From: Acidobacteriota bacterium
GTDB taxonomy: Bacteria > Acidobacteriota > UBA6911 > RPQK01 > CBDDCF01
Assembly (NCBI GenBank): GCA_965225995.1
Contig: CBDDCF010000032.1
Coordinates: 98,838-162,837, forward strand
Length of the DNA stretch: 64,000 nucleotides
Direction: 5' to 3'
The notes under the pieces are model-generated. The model was given only the letters and a program-made list of their open reading frames with translations. It did not search any database and was not told the DNA's origin. Shown here one piece after another: positions 20,888 through 30,691 of this stretch. Every line of letters starts with the position of its first letter. Position 1 is the stretch's first letter. The translations under genes were made by a program, and so were the position numbers.

Positions 20888-21694
20888 TGTCAGAGGAAAC
20901 TGGCTTGAGTCGGCGAGATGCGCCTTGTAGTGTCTTCGGATGAAGAACCCCTTTCGCTATTTCAAGACCTCGCCCGAGATCATCCGCCTGGCAGTGATGA
21001 TGTATGTTCGCTTCCCACTGTCGCTACGCAATGTCGAGGACCTTCTTCACGAGCGTGGGATCGAGGTGAGCCACGAGACGATCCGGTTCTGGTGGAACCG
21101 GTTCGGCCCGATCTTCGCCGCCGAGATCCGCAAGAAGCGGATGGATCGAATGCGCGCGTTTTCGGGTTGGCGGTGGCACCTCGATGAGATGTTCGTGAAG
21201 ATCAACGGCGAAGGCCATTACCTGTGGCGAGCCGTCGACCAGGAAGGCGAGGTGCTTGAGGCCTTTGTCTCGAAGAAGAGAGACCGCGCAGCCGCTTTGA
21301 AATTCCTCAGGAAACTAATGAAGCGCTACGGCAGGCCGGATGCGATCATCACTGATCGGCTCAGGTCTTACCGAGCGGCGTTGCGCGAACTGGGCGGATC
21401 CGGTCTGCAACAAGCCGGCCGCTGGCTGAACAATCGTGCGGAGAATTCACACCTGCCGTTCCGGCGACGAGAACACGCCATGCTCCGTTTCAGGCGGATG
21501 CAAAGCCTCCAGAAATTCGCCACCGTTCATTCTTCCGTTTACAATCACTTCAACCAGGCACGACACCTCTGCTCACGAGACAATTTCAAGCTCAACCGCG
21601 CCGCCGCACTCGCCGAGTGGCGTCAGCTCGGGGCGGCCTAATTCCCTGTCGTCGGTGGAGAACTCAGTCCTTGCGACTTTCCTCTGACAGTGCC
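20883..21694 (+). mobile_element. IS6-family element, copy 2 (812 bp), inverted relative to copy 1
   Basis: Same IRs; about 3 nt differ from copy 1. Confidence 0.95.
20940..21641 (+). CDS. IS6-family DDE transposase
   Basis: Two amino-acid differences from 17884-18585. Confidence 0.95.
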   Translation: MKNPFRYFKTSPEIIRLAVMMYVRFPLSLRNVEDLLHERGIEVSHETIRFWWNRFGPIFAAEIRKKRMDRMRAFSGWRWHLDEMFVKINGEGHYLWRAVDQEGEVLEAFVSKKRDRAAALKFLRKLMKRYGRPDAIITDRLRSYRAALRELGGSGLQQAGRWLNNRAENSHLPFRRREHAMLRFRRMQSLQKFATVHSSVYNHFNQARHLCSRDNFKLNRAAALAEWRQLGAA

Positions 21695-21791
21695 GATTAC
21701 TGGGCTGCTTTTGGATACATTGCAGCCGAAGCCGAGATGGCCCGACTCGAGAAATGATTTCGAGTGCTGAAGCCAGCTCTAGGAGCCTGTT

Positions 21792-24700
21792 GTGTCTTTT
21801 CGAAAAGCTCGTTCCCGATCTGTTTTTCTGCTGGTAGTTTTCGCTTCCTCACTTCTTTGGGCCGCCAACGTCGTGGGCCGGTCTCGACTCCCAAACTCAA
21901 TCGCCTGGCGAGAGATCGGACCCGCTTCTTTCGGAGGCCGGATCGATGACATCGAGGCCGTTCCTTCGAATCCCCACCACATCTATGTCGCCTCTGCATC
22001 GGGAGGAATCTTTCGGAGTCGAAACAACGGGGTCTCCTGGGACTCTGTTTTCGATCAGGCCTCGATGATGCTTTCTATCGGGGACATCGCGATTGCGTCT
22101 TCCGACCCGAACATTATTTGGGCCGGTACGGGCGAACCCAACAACCGCCAGAGCTCTTCCTGGGGAGCCGGTGTTTACCGTTCGCTCGACGGTGGCGACA
22201 GCTGGAAGCTGATGGGACTGGAACAGACCCATCACATCGGACGCATCGTCGTTCATCCTCGCGACCCAAACATCGTCTTCGTCGCGGCCCTCGGACATCT
22301 CTGGGGTTCCAACTCGGAGCGAGGTCTTTATCGCACCACCGACGGTGGAAAATCCTGGAACAACGTCCTGAGAATCAATGACGACACCGGAGTTGTCGAC
22401 GTAGCCCTGGAAAACAACGGCCGTATTCTCTATGCAGCCTCTTACCAGCGTCGAAGACGGGCTTGGGGGTTCGTAGGTGGCGGCCCCCACAGTGCCATCT
22501 ATCGTTCTCTAGACGGTGGAGACACCTGGAAAGAGCTTACCGAGGGGCTCCCGACCGGCGACACAGGGCGCATTGGAATCTCAATCTCCTCCAGCAATCC
22601 CAACATCGTCTACTCCATTATCGAAAACAAGGAAGGTGGAATCTTTCGCTCCGAAGACCGAGGGGCCCATTGGATAAAGACGAATTCCCTCAACCCCCGG
22701 CCCATGTACTACAGCCAGATTCGTGTCGATCCCAACAATTCGAATAAGATCTGGGTTCTGGGTAGTCCTCTCTACGTCTCAAACGATGGTGGAGAGACCT
22801 TTGCCAGCGAGGCGACCGGAGTGGGAATCCATGTCGACCATCACGCCTTTTGGATCAATCCCAAAAACAGCGACCATGTGATGCTGGGAAATGACGGGGG
22901 TCTCTACTTTTCCTATGACGGCAGCCGTAACTGGGACTTCATCGACAATCTCCCCATCGGCCAGTTCTACGCCATTGCAGTCGACCAACGGGATCCCTAC
23001 TGGGTCTATGGAGGCACTCAGGACAACGGAAGCTGGGCCATTCCGAGTCGGACGTATAGCCGACTCGGGATCATGAACCAGGACGTAGTGAATATCGCCT
23101 ACGGTGATGGCTTCTATGCCGCGACGACACCCCAGGATGAGCGCATCGTTTATGCCTCGTCTCAAAGTGGACGGCTCTACCGGGTCGATCTGCCCACCCG
23201 TGAAGAAAAAGGCATCCGGCCGGTGCCGAACGATGCCGAAGAAGAGTACCGCTTCAATTGGAGCACTCCGCTGATCGTTTCAGTACACGATCCGCATACG
23301 CTTTATGCAGCCGGCAACAAGGTGTTTCGCTCCACCGACCGGGCTCATAGCTGGCAGGAGATCAGCCCGGATCTGACACGCAATCTGGAATGGAAGGAGC
23401 TCCCCATCATGGGTGTGACTCGCGACGACGAGACGCTGTCGCGGGATGACGGTTTGGACAACTACGGGAACATTACGACGATGGCGGAATCTCCACTACT
23501 GGCAGGGTTGCTCTATGTCGGGACCGACGACGGAAATGTCCAAATGACTCGTGACTCCGGAAAGAACTGGAGCAACTTGACCGACAACTTCTCATTACCG
23601 GGCCAGCGCTGGGTCAGCCGGGTGGCTCCTTCTCACCATGCTGTTGCCACCGCCTACGTCACCTTCGACGGGCACCAGGACAACGACTTCAGACCCTATG
23701 TTTTCAGCACCACCGACTCGGGTGAGAGCTGGCAGAGCATTGCCGGCAATCTTCCCAATGGAGTTGTCCTCAACTCCTTTGCCGAACACCAGAGAAATCC
23801 CAAACTGCTCTTGGCGGGAACCGAATCAGGGGTCTATGTGACTCTGAACGGAGGCGAGACGTGGGATCACTGGGCCGGGAATCTTCCGCCTGTACCCATT
23901 GATGACATCATCATCAAGCAACCCGAAAATGACGTCGTACTCGGAACCCATGGCCGCAGCATCATCATCCTGGACGACATCACAATGCTGGAGAACCTCA
24001 GTACCGAAGTACTCGATTCCGAATTGCATCTATTCCGCCCCCGCGAGGCTACCCAATACTACGCAAAGAGAAGCCTGCCGGTACCGGGAGCCTCGGAGTT
24101 TCAAGGACCTAATCCGGATCCAGGGGCTCTATTTACATACTATTTGAAGAATAACGCCGAGAGCGATCCTGAAGCAGAAGACTCAGAACCCGCCGTTCAA
24201 GTTGTAATAGAGGACGGCCAAGGGAAGCGGATCCGCGAGCTGGAAGGAGCCTACAAACAGGGGTTTCACCGGATTGCGTGGGACCTTCGTTATCCCCTGA
24301 GCTATGCAGCCGATCCAAATGAAGAGTCCTGGTTCGGACCGATGCGAGGTCCATTCGTGATGCCCGGCCGCTATACCGTTCGTTTGAGCGCAGGAGCCCG
24401 ATCCACCAGCCAAAGCTTCGATGTGCGGGTCGATCCGGAGACGCAAACCTCACCCCCGGTGCTACGAGAACGCCACGATCTCAGTCTCCGCGTAAACCAG
24501 CTTCTCGGGAGCTTTGATAAGGGCAGCAAAACCGTTCAGGCACTCTCCGAGGAGCTGGCCGCACTCAGGGAAAAGCAGGATGAAAGAGAGCTCGCCCAGA
24601 GCCTCCGAGAAACCCAGGAAGAACTTGAGAAGGAGATAGACGAACTGAAGGAAGCCCTCAAGACTGGCTGGGGCAGCGAGCAGTTCAAGCTGATGGATTT

Positions 24701-24902
24701 GCTGGGCCAGCTTCAAGCCTCTACTTCCCGACCCACCGACAGCCAGCAAAGGAGTGCCCAACAATTGGCCTCCAAACTGGCAACCAACATCGAGCGGGTC
24801 AATCGGGTAGCCACACAGGACTTCCCCAGATTCATCAAACAGGTGCAGGCACACGGACTCTCGACTCCCTCTTTCGACAAGATCGTAGTGCCCCGCCGAT
24901 GA
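21792..24902 (+). CDS. Secreted VPS10/BNR-repeat (sortilin-like) glycosyl-hydrolase-like protein
   Basis: WREIGP..GGRI, many SxDGGxxW Asp-boxes, GGTQDNG, RFNWSTP; AGGAG precedes the GTG. Confidence 0.85.
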   Translation: MSFRKARSRSVFLLVVFASSLLWAANVVGRSRLPNSIAWREIGPASFGGRIDDIEAVPSNPHHIYVASASGGIFRSRNNGVSWDSVFDQASMMLSIGDIAIASSDPNIIWAGTGEPNNRQSSSWGAGVYRSLDGGDSWKLMGLEQTHHIGRIVVHPRDPNIVFVAALGHLWGSNSERGLYRTTDGGKSWNNVLRINDDTGVVDVALENNGRILYAASYQRRRRAWGFVGGGPHSAIYRSLDGGDTWKELTEGLPTGDTGRIGISISSSNPNIVYSIIENKEGGIFRSEDRGAHWIKTNSLNPRPMYYSQIRVDPNNSNKIWVLGSPLYVSNDGGETFASEATGVGIHVDHHAFWINPKNSDHVMLGNDGGLYFSYDGSRNWDFIDNLPIGQFYAIAVDQRDPYWVYGGTQDNGSWAIPSRTYSRLGIMNQDVVNIAYGDGFYAATTPQDERIVYASSQSGRLYRVDLPTREEKGIRPVPNDAEEEYRFNWSTPLIVSVHDPHTLYAAGNKVFRSTDRAHSWQEISPDLTRNLEWKELPIMGVTRDDETLSRDDGLDNYGNITTMAESPLLAGLLYVGTDDGNVQMTRDSGKNWSNLTDNFSLPGQRWVSRVAPSHHAVATAYVTFDGHQDNDFRPYVFSTTDSGESWQSIAGNLPNGVVLNSFAEHQRNPKLLLAGTESGVYVTLNGGETWDHWAGNLPPVPIDDIIIKQPENDVVLGTHGRSIIILDDITMLENLSTEVLDSELHLFRPREATQYYAKRSLPVPGASEFQGPNPDPGALFTYYLKNNAESDPEAEDSEPAVQVVIEDGQGKRIRELEGAYKQGFHRIAWDLRYPLSYAADPNEESWFGPMRGPFVMPGRYTVRLSAGARSTSQSFDVRVDPETQTSPPVLRERHDLSLRVNQLLGSFDKGSKTVQALSEELAALREKQDERELAQSLRETQEELEKEIDELKEALKTGWGSEQFKLMDLLGQLQASTSRPTDSQQRSAQQLASKLATNIERVNRVATQDFPRFIKQVQAHGLSTPSFDKIVVPRR

Positions 24903-25281
24903 CGACCGAAGGGCTTGACTAGATTCTGAGGGGATTGCTTCCTCCCGGACAGGCTCCCAGCGAAGTTTCACTGCGCCTCAAACCGACCGTAGACCGGTGT
25001 GCTGGATTGCGTTTTCACGAAATCTGACTAGAAAAAGAAAAAGCTCCAGATCGTCTGACTCGTGACCTGGGCGCACCAGTCCCCCGGGCAAAGGTTTTGG
25101 TGGTTTCCAAACCCCTAACCCCACTCGATATAACGAACGCGAACCGAAAAGTGCGAAATCATTCAACTCGGCATCGGCGCCACCGGCTCGCTCCCGGAAC
25201 CACTGGCCAGGCCAGACTCCGTCGAAACTTAACTCAAATGTAAAGAAGTAGCCCCCAAGGATATAGTCTAGCCCGGATCAT

Positions 25282-26610
25282 TCATGAATCGACTGCAGGG
25301 CCGTGATCATCTGCGCTTAGTGCTGTACCCGCCCGCGATGGGCGAGATGCGACTTCATTCTCTTCGATCTTCGAGCGATCTCTTGAGAAACTGCCTCCCA
25401 ACGCCATGACCAGGCAGGTCAAACCTGCTGCCAGGTACCATCCACGGAGTCCCAGGAAACCGACACTCGGGCCCGCGATGGCTAGCCCCACAGGCGCCGT
25501 GAGCCCTGCCAGACTCTGGATCAGAGAAAAGACACGTCCCTGCATTTCGTGGGGTACGGTTGTCTGAAGGATGACTTGAACCGGTCCATTGACAAAGGGG
25601 GCGGCCAGCCCAACCGCGAGGATCGAACCCAGCACAGCGGGGAGGGTGGCCGGAACACTACCCACCAGGAGCACGGAAAACCCCAAGCCGGCGAGCCCGA
25701 AAAGAACCGTCTTGATCTTGCTCGACCCGCCTCCCCAGCAGCCCATGGATGACTCCACCTACTAGCAGACCAACTCCCAGGCTGGAGCTCAACCAGGCCA
25801 GTTGAGCCGGCCCGCCACCCAGGTCCTGGTGCACCAGCAGAGGCAACAGGGAAAAAGCTGGAACCAGACAGAGATTGATTGAGGCGGACATAAAGACCAG
25901 GATCAAATGCCCTCTCCGCCTGGCCAGGAACCGGAACCCAGCGACAAATTCTGTGCGAATCCCAGCCACCTCAACGCTGGAAGGGACACTCTTTGGCGGC
26001 TGCGGGACCCGCACGAAGAGGAGTGGGACCACTGCCATCAATGCGGTCGCGACATCGATCAGCATGACATGCGCCATCGCAAGCAGAGCGACCAGCGCTG
26101 CCCCCAGGGGGGGTGTTACGATCGTGAGCACACCTTGCAGTGCCTGATTCAAGCCCTGTACTCGAACCAGTTCATCCTTGGGAACCATCAGAGTTGTCGA
26201 TGCCAGCATAGTTGGTCCATGAAAGGCCCCTCCCAGGGCGCGCAAGAAGAGAAGCCCCAACACGTGCCAGGGCCTGGCGCCGCCCGCAGCAAAGATACCG
26301 GCCAGCAGCAGCGATGCTACCGCGACTCCTGCGTCTGACAAGAACAGAATACTCTTTCGATTCCAACGGTCGACAAGGACTCCAATTACCGGTCCCAGAA
26401 TGACCTGAGGCAGCAGCCGAGTGCTGCCGCCAGGGTCACGATGCGGGCATCCCGGGTCTCCACGGTCAGCCACCAGATGAGGGCGAACTGGACCGCTTGG
26501 CTACCCACCAGTGAAAGCGATTGTCCCCACCAGATCATCCAGAATGAACGCAGGCCAGTTCGCTCGGGGGGCCGGCTGGCTCTCCCATTCTTCGAGTTTG
26601 GTTTGCTCAC
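25282..26610 (-). CDS. MFS transporter (macrolide-efflux/DHA3-like) with two frameshifts (about 26420 and about 25745)
   Basis: Three ORF pieces read as one MFS: FWMIWWGQSLSLVGS, GVLVDRWNRK, TVPHEMQGRVFS. Confidence 0.8.
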
Positions 26611-26644
26611 TGTCTCATTGATTCACCTCATGCCTAATATAAAT

Positions 26645-26677
26645 TTATTCATTATTATTCAAGTTATTATGAATAAT
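26645..26677. promoter_or_regulatory. Candidate operator between the divergent MFS and regulator genes
   Basis: AT-rich inverted repeat ATTATTCA-N8-TGAATAAT, with an overlapping TTATTCAT/ATGAATAA pair. Confidence 0.45.
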
Positions 26678-26710
26678 AGCACATGTTATAATCGCGAGGT
26701 AGCCCAAGTC

Positions 26711-27358
26711 ATGAAAAACAAGAAAGCCGTGCGGAAATCAGAGAAGCAGCAAGTCTATCAGCTAGAGAGCTACACGCTCACCGATCTGGAACAGATCAGG
26801 ATCCTGGCGGATCCTTTGCGGATCCGGATTCTGGAGTGCTTTTGCCAGCAGGAGCGCACTACCAAACAGGTAGCAGATTTGCTGGGAGAAAAGCCGACCA
26901 AGTTGTACCACCACGTGGATGCTCTGCAACGGGTCGGCCTGATTCGAATGACCAGAACCCAACAGAATCGGGGCACGCTCGAAAAGTATTTCCTCTCCGT
27001 GGCTCGTCGTTTCGAGGCGGACCCTGAGCTCTTCTCTACCTCGGAGCAAAGTGAAGTTAAAACTGAGGATCTAGGCTCTATGGTATCTGCCATCTTCGGT
27101 CAGGCCTCGAAGGAGCTCTCTGATTTGATTGAACGGGGCGAAACCGCCCGAATAAAAGATGAAGGGCTCATGGGCTTCGTGGCGCTTCAGGCCTCAAAAT
27201 CCGAGATTCTAGAGATACAGGCTCAACTCGAGTCCCTCTTGGAAACCATCGCCAAGGCTTGCGATCCGGATGCCAGCTCTGACTCCAAGACACCCCGCGA
27301 GTTCTATCGCCTGACGGTGGCCCTCTTTCCCCTCAGTCCAGAAAAGACCGATTCCTAG
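26711..27358 (+). CDS. ArsR-like winged-helix transcriptional regulator
   Basis: LADPLRIRIL...KLYHHVDALQRVGLI...EKYF; divergent from the MFS. Confidence 0.85.
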   Translation: MKNKKAVRKSEKQQVYQLESYTLTDLEQIRILADPLRIRILECFCQQERTTKQVADLLGEKPTKLYHHVDALQRVGLIRMTRTQQNRGTLEKYFLSVARRFEADPELFSTSEQSEVKTEDLGSMVSAIFGQASKELSDLIERGETARIKDEGLMGFVALQASKSEILEIQAQLESLLETIAKACDPDASSDSKTPREFYRLTVALFPLSPEKTDS

Positions 27359-27363
27359 CCTTC

Positions 27364-27435
27364 CCAAAGCGGTAGCTGAATTTGACCCAACTTGTCAGGG
27401 TGACGCACCCGACTTCGCTACCGCACTCCAAATCG
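27364..27435. repeat. REP-like element (reverse orientation)
   Basis: CCAAAGCGGTAGC-N40-GCTACCGCACTCCAAATCG. Confidence 0.7.
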
Positions 27436-28424
27436 CCGATAGCTACTCTGCGTTTGCAGTTCTTCGGGACGCCCCGGAGCTCCATAAAACTTTTATGCGT
27501 AATTTCTTCGCATTTGTCTCCAGGATTTCGTATTCTGGGTTCCATGAGGAGCCTGATTCGATCTCTCTGTGTTTCCCATTCCTCTTCGCAGTCCGTTCTG
27601 GGGTTGCTGGCAATGAGCCTGATGCTAGTGCACTGTCCGATAAGTTCCAGATGTTAATAGTGGCCGAGCGATTCGCGAGCATTTTGGGCCTTTGCCAGGA
27701 TTGAGTCAGCAGTGGCGCGCCACTTGAAGGGCTTGGCCAAGCGTTGATTGTGAACCCGAATATATCTTTTGATTTCCTGTCTCAACTCTTGGACGCTGCT
27801 GAAAGAGTTTCTGTAGATCGAACGGCGCTCCAGCTGTGAGAACCAGCTTTCGACGGCATTGAGCCAGGAGGCGCTAGTGGGCGTAAAGTGGAGGTGGTAT
27901 CGGGGCCGCTGGGCCAGCCAGCTTTGAACCTGCTTGGTCTTATGAGTGCTCGAGTTGTCCAGGATTAAGTGGACATCCAGTTCGGGCTCGACCGCTTGAT
28001 CAATCTGGCGGAGAAAAGCCAGGAACTCCTTGGCTCGGTGCCTATTGGTGATGCGGCCCATGACCTCACCTGTCACCACATCGAATGCGGCATACAGACT
28101 GGCTGTACCGTGGCGCTTGTAATCGTGTGTCCGGCGTTGGATCTGTCCCGGTCTGAGCTGGAGCATCGGCTGAGTTCTATCCAGAGCCTGGATCTCAGTT
28201 TTCTCGTCCACGGATAGAACCAGCGCATTGTCGGGCGGATCCATATACAGCCCCACCACATCGATTACCTTTTCGGCGAAGTGAGGATCGTTGCTGATTT
28301 TAAAGTTACGGACTCGATGCGGCTTCAGGTGTCAGGGGCCACCCAAAAGCGGCCAGTGAGGGCCACTTCAAAACCGGCCATTCTCAGGAGCCATTGAGAG
28401 CTGCATCCCTCGTAGGATGCGCCG

Positions 28425-29921
28425 ATGGTCAATGTACTGAAAATGGAGAAGAAACAAACGGTTGTGGCGCTATTGAAGCTGGGCTGGTCGTATCGGCGGA
28501 TCGAGCGAGAAACAGGAGTTCGTCGAGAGACTGTAGCCCGACATGATCCGTCCCGAGATTCAAAACCGGCCAAAGTGGCCCCCGGCTCGGGTGAGCAGAA
28601 GCGGCCAAAGCGGCCCCCGGGTCGGCGCAGCTCGTGTGAGCCTTTTCGGGAGGAAATCCAGAAGAAGCTTGAGCTGGGGTTGCATGCCAAGCGGATCTGG
28701 CAAGACCTGGTTTTGGAGCATGGCTTCGATGGAGCGTATAACTCCGTCAAACGGTTTTGCAGAAAGCTCAAAGCCGAGAGTCCACGAGTCTTCGCTCGGG
28801 TGGAAACTCCACCCGGTCGGGACATGCAGGTGGACTTTGGCAAAGCAGCTCTGACACAAACCGAATCGGGCCGGTACCGTCGCCCCCACCTGTTCAAGGC
28901 AGTGCTGTGTTATTCCCGCCACTCGTATGAGGAGGTCGTCTGGCGGCAGGATCTGGAGACCTTCGTCCGTTGTGTCGAGAATGCCTTCCACTGGTTTGGT
29001 GGCTCGGTAGACGTGGTTCGCTTGGATAACCTGAAGGCCGGAGTCACGCGAGCCTGCTTTGTCGATCCCGAGATCAACGCCGTTTTCAGTGCGCTGGGCC
29101 GTCACTATAGTTTTGCCATCATTCCCATCCATCCTGGCTCTCCAAATGAGAATGGAAAAGTCGAAAGGACGATCGGATATACAAAGTCCAGTGCCCTGAA
29201 GGGCAGACGGTTCGAGAGTCTGGCCGAGCAGAATGAGCATCTACGGAACTGGAACGAGCGGGTCGCCCGACAGCGCATCCACGGCACCACCAAACAGCAG
29301 GTCTGGCCCCGATTCCTGGAGGAACAGAAGGGTCTTCGACCTCTACCCGACTCCCGCTTCAGTTTCTTCCGTACCGGCCGTCGCACGGTCTCCGTGGATG
29401 GCCACATCGAAGTCGATCGAGCCTTCTACTCGGTACCCAATCATCTGCTTGGCTGTGAAGTGGCTGTGCACTGGGATGACCGGATCGTCCGAGTCTTTTT
29501 CCGAGAGCAGCAAGTCGTCCTGCATCCCAAGCGGAAACCCGGCCAGTTCCAGACCGAACCCACACATCTTCCGGAACGCAAACGCTACGCTCATTATCGA
29601 ACTGAGAGTCAGCTGCTCGGGCAAGCCCGCAGGATTGGCTCTGATGCTCACCGCTGGGCAGTGCGAGCCCTGGAGGTGCGCGACGTGTTGGCCTACCGGC
29701 TCCTGAGAGGCATGATCTCTTTGACCCGACGCTACCCGGCCACGGTCGTCAATGAAGCCTGTGCCAAGGCTCTCTCTCACGATGCCTTCCGCTATCGGAC
29801 CCTGGTGGCTTTATGCAAGCGACTAGACGTGCCGCAACGCTCTCTATTCACCTCCGACCACGAGTTGATTCGGCCGCTGTCTGAGTACCAACTCACTCCC
29901 CGCTCAGGAGACCCGGAATGA
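28425..29921 (+). CDS. istA: IS21 transposase IstA
   Basis: ETPPGRDMQVDFG, LDNLKAGV, NGKVER. Confidence 0.93.
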   Translation: MVNVLKMEKKQTVVALLKLGWSYRRIERETGVRRETVARHDPSRDSKPAKVAPGSGEQKRPKRPPGRRSSCEPFREEIQKKLELGLHAKRIWQDLVLEHGFDGAYNSVKRFCRKLKAESPRVFARVETPPGRDMQVDFGKAALTQTESGRYRRPHLFKAVLCYSRHSYEEVVWRQDLETFVRCVENAFHWFGGSVDVVRLDNLKAGVTRACFVDPEINAVFSALGRHYSFAIIPIHPGSPNENGKVERTIGYTKSSALKGRRFESLAEQNEHLRNWNERVARQRIHGTTKQQVWPRFLEEQKGLRPLPDSRFSFFRTGRRTVSVDGHIEVDRAFYSVPNHLLGCEVAVHWDDRIVRVFFREQQVVLHPKRKPGQFQTEPTHLPERKRYAHYRTESQLLGQARRIGSDAHRWAVRALEVRDVLAYRLLRGMISLTRRYPATVVNEACAKALSHDAFRYRTLVALCKRLDVPQRSLFTSDHELIRPLSEYQLTPRSGDPE

Positions 29922-30691
29922 TCTCATTGGAACTGGAACGGAAACTTCGCCACCTCAGGCTCTCGGGCCTGGCCCAGGTCTTTGACGTACGGCTGCAACA
30001 AGCCATCCAGGGCCGTCTCTCTCATCAGGAGTTCTTTGAGCTGCTCATCGACGACGAACTCACCCGCCGGCGCGACCGTTTGCTGGAGCGATGTCTCCGC
30101 CAGGCCCAGTTCCCGGAACGCAAACTCTTGGAGGACTTCAGGTTCTCTTTCAACACCTCGATCAATCGGCAGCAGATCTTTGATCTGGCCACTTGCCGAT
30201 TCATCGAACAGTGTCGCGGCTGGTTGGTCATCGGTCAGGCGGGAGTCGGCAAAACACATCTGATCATCACGGTGGCAATCAAGGCTGTGGAAGCGGGTCA
30301 CCGGGTACAGTACAAGTCGGCTTTCGATCTGCTCGAGGACATCGCTGAAGCCACTGCCACCGGGATGCGCCGACCCTACATTGCAGAGATGACCCGGATC
30401 CCGCTGCTGATCATCGAGGATCTGGGACTTCGGAGAGTGCCCGACTCGGCGGCTGAAGATCTGCTGGAGATCCTGCATCGCCGCTACCAGAAGACCTCGA
30501 CCATTATCAGTTCGAACCGACCACTCGAGGACTGGGGAGCGATGCTGGGAGGAGACACGGCGGCCACCTCTGCGCTGCTGGATCGTTTTCTACACGTTTC
30601 GGAGGTGACCTTCATTCGAGGCAAGAGCTATCGCCTCTACGAACGTCAGCAACGGGAGAAGTCGACCAAGAAGCGAGGAGAAAAGAAATGA
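29918..30691 (+). CDS. istB: IS21 AAA+ helper IstB
   Basis: GQAGVGKTHL, LIIEDLG, ALLDRFLH..GKSYR; ATGA overlap with istA. Confidence 0.93.
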   Translation: MISLELERKLRHLRLSGLAQVFDVRLQQAIQGRLSHQEFFELLIDDELTRRRDRLLERCLRQAQFPERKLLEDFRFSFNTSINRQQIFDLATCRFIEQCRGWLVIGQAGVGKTHLIITVAIKAVEAGHRVQYKSAFDLLEDIAEATATGMRRPYIAEMTRIPLLIIEDLGLRRVPDSAAEDLLEILHRRYQKTSTIISSNRPLEDWGAMLGGDTAATSALLDRFLHVSEVTFIRGKSYRLYERQQREKSTKKRGEKK

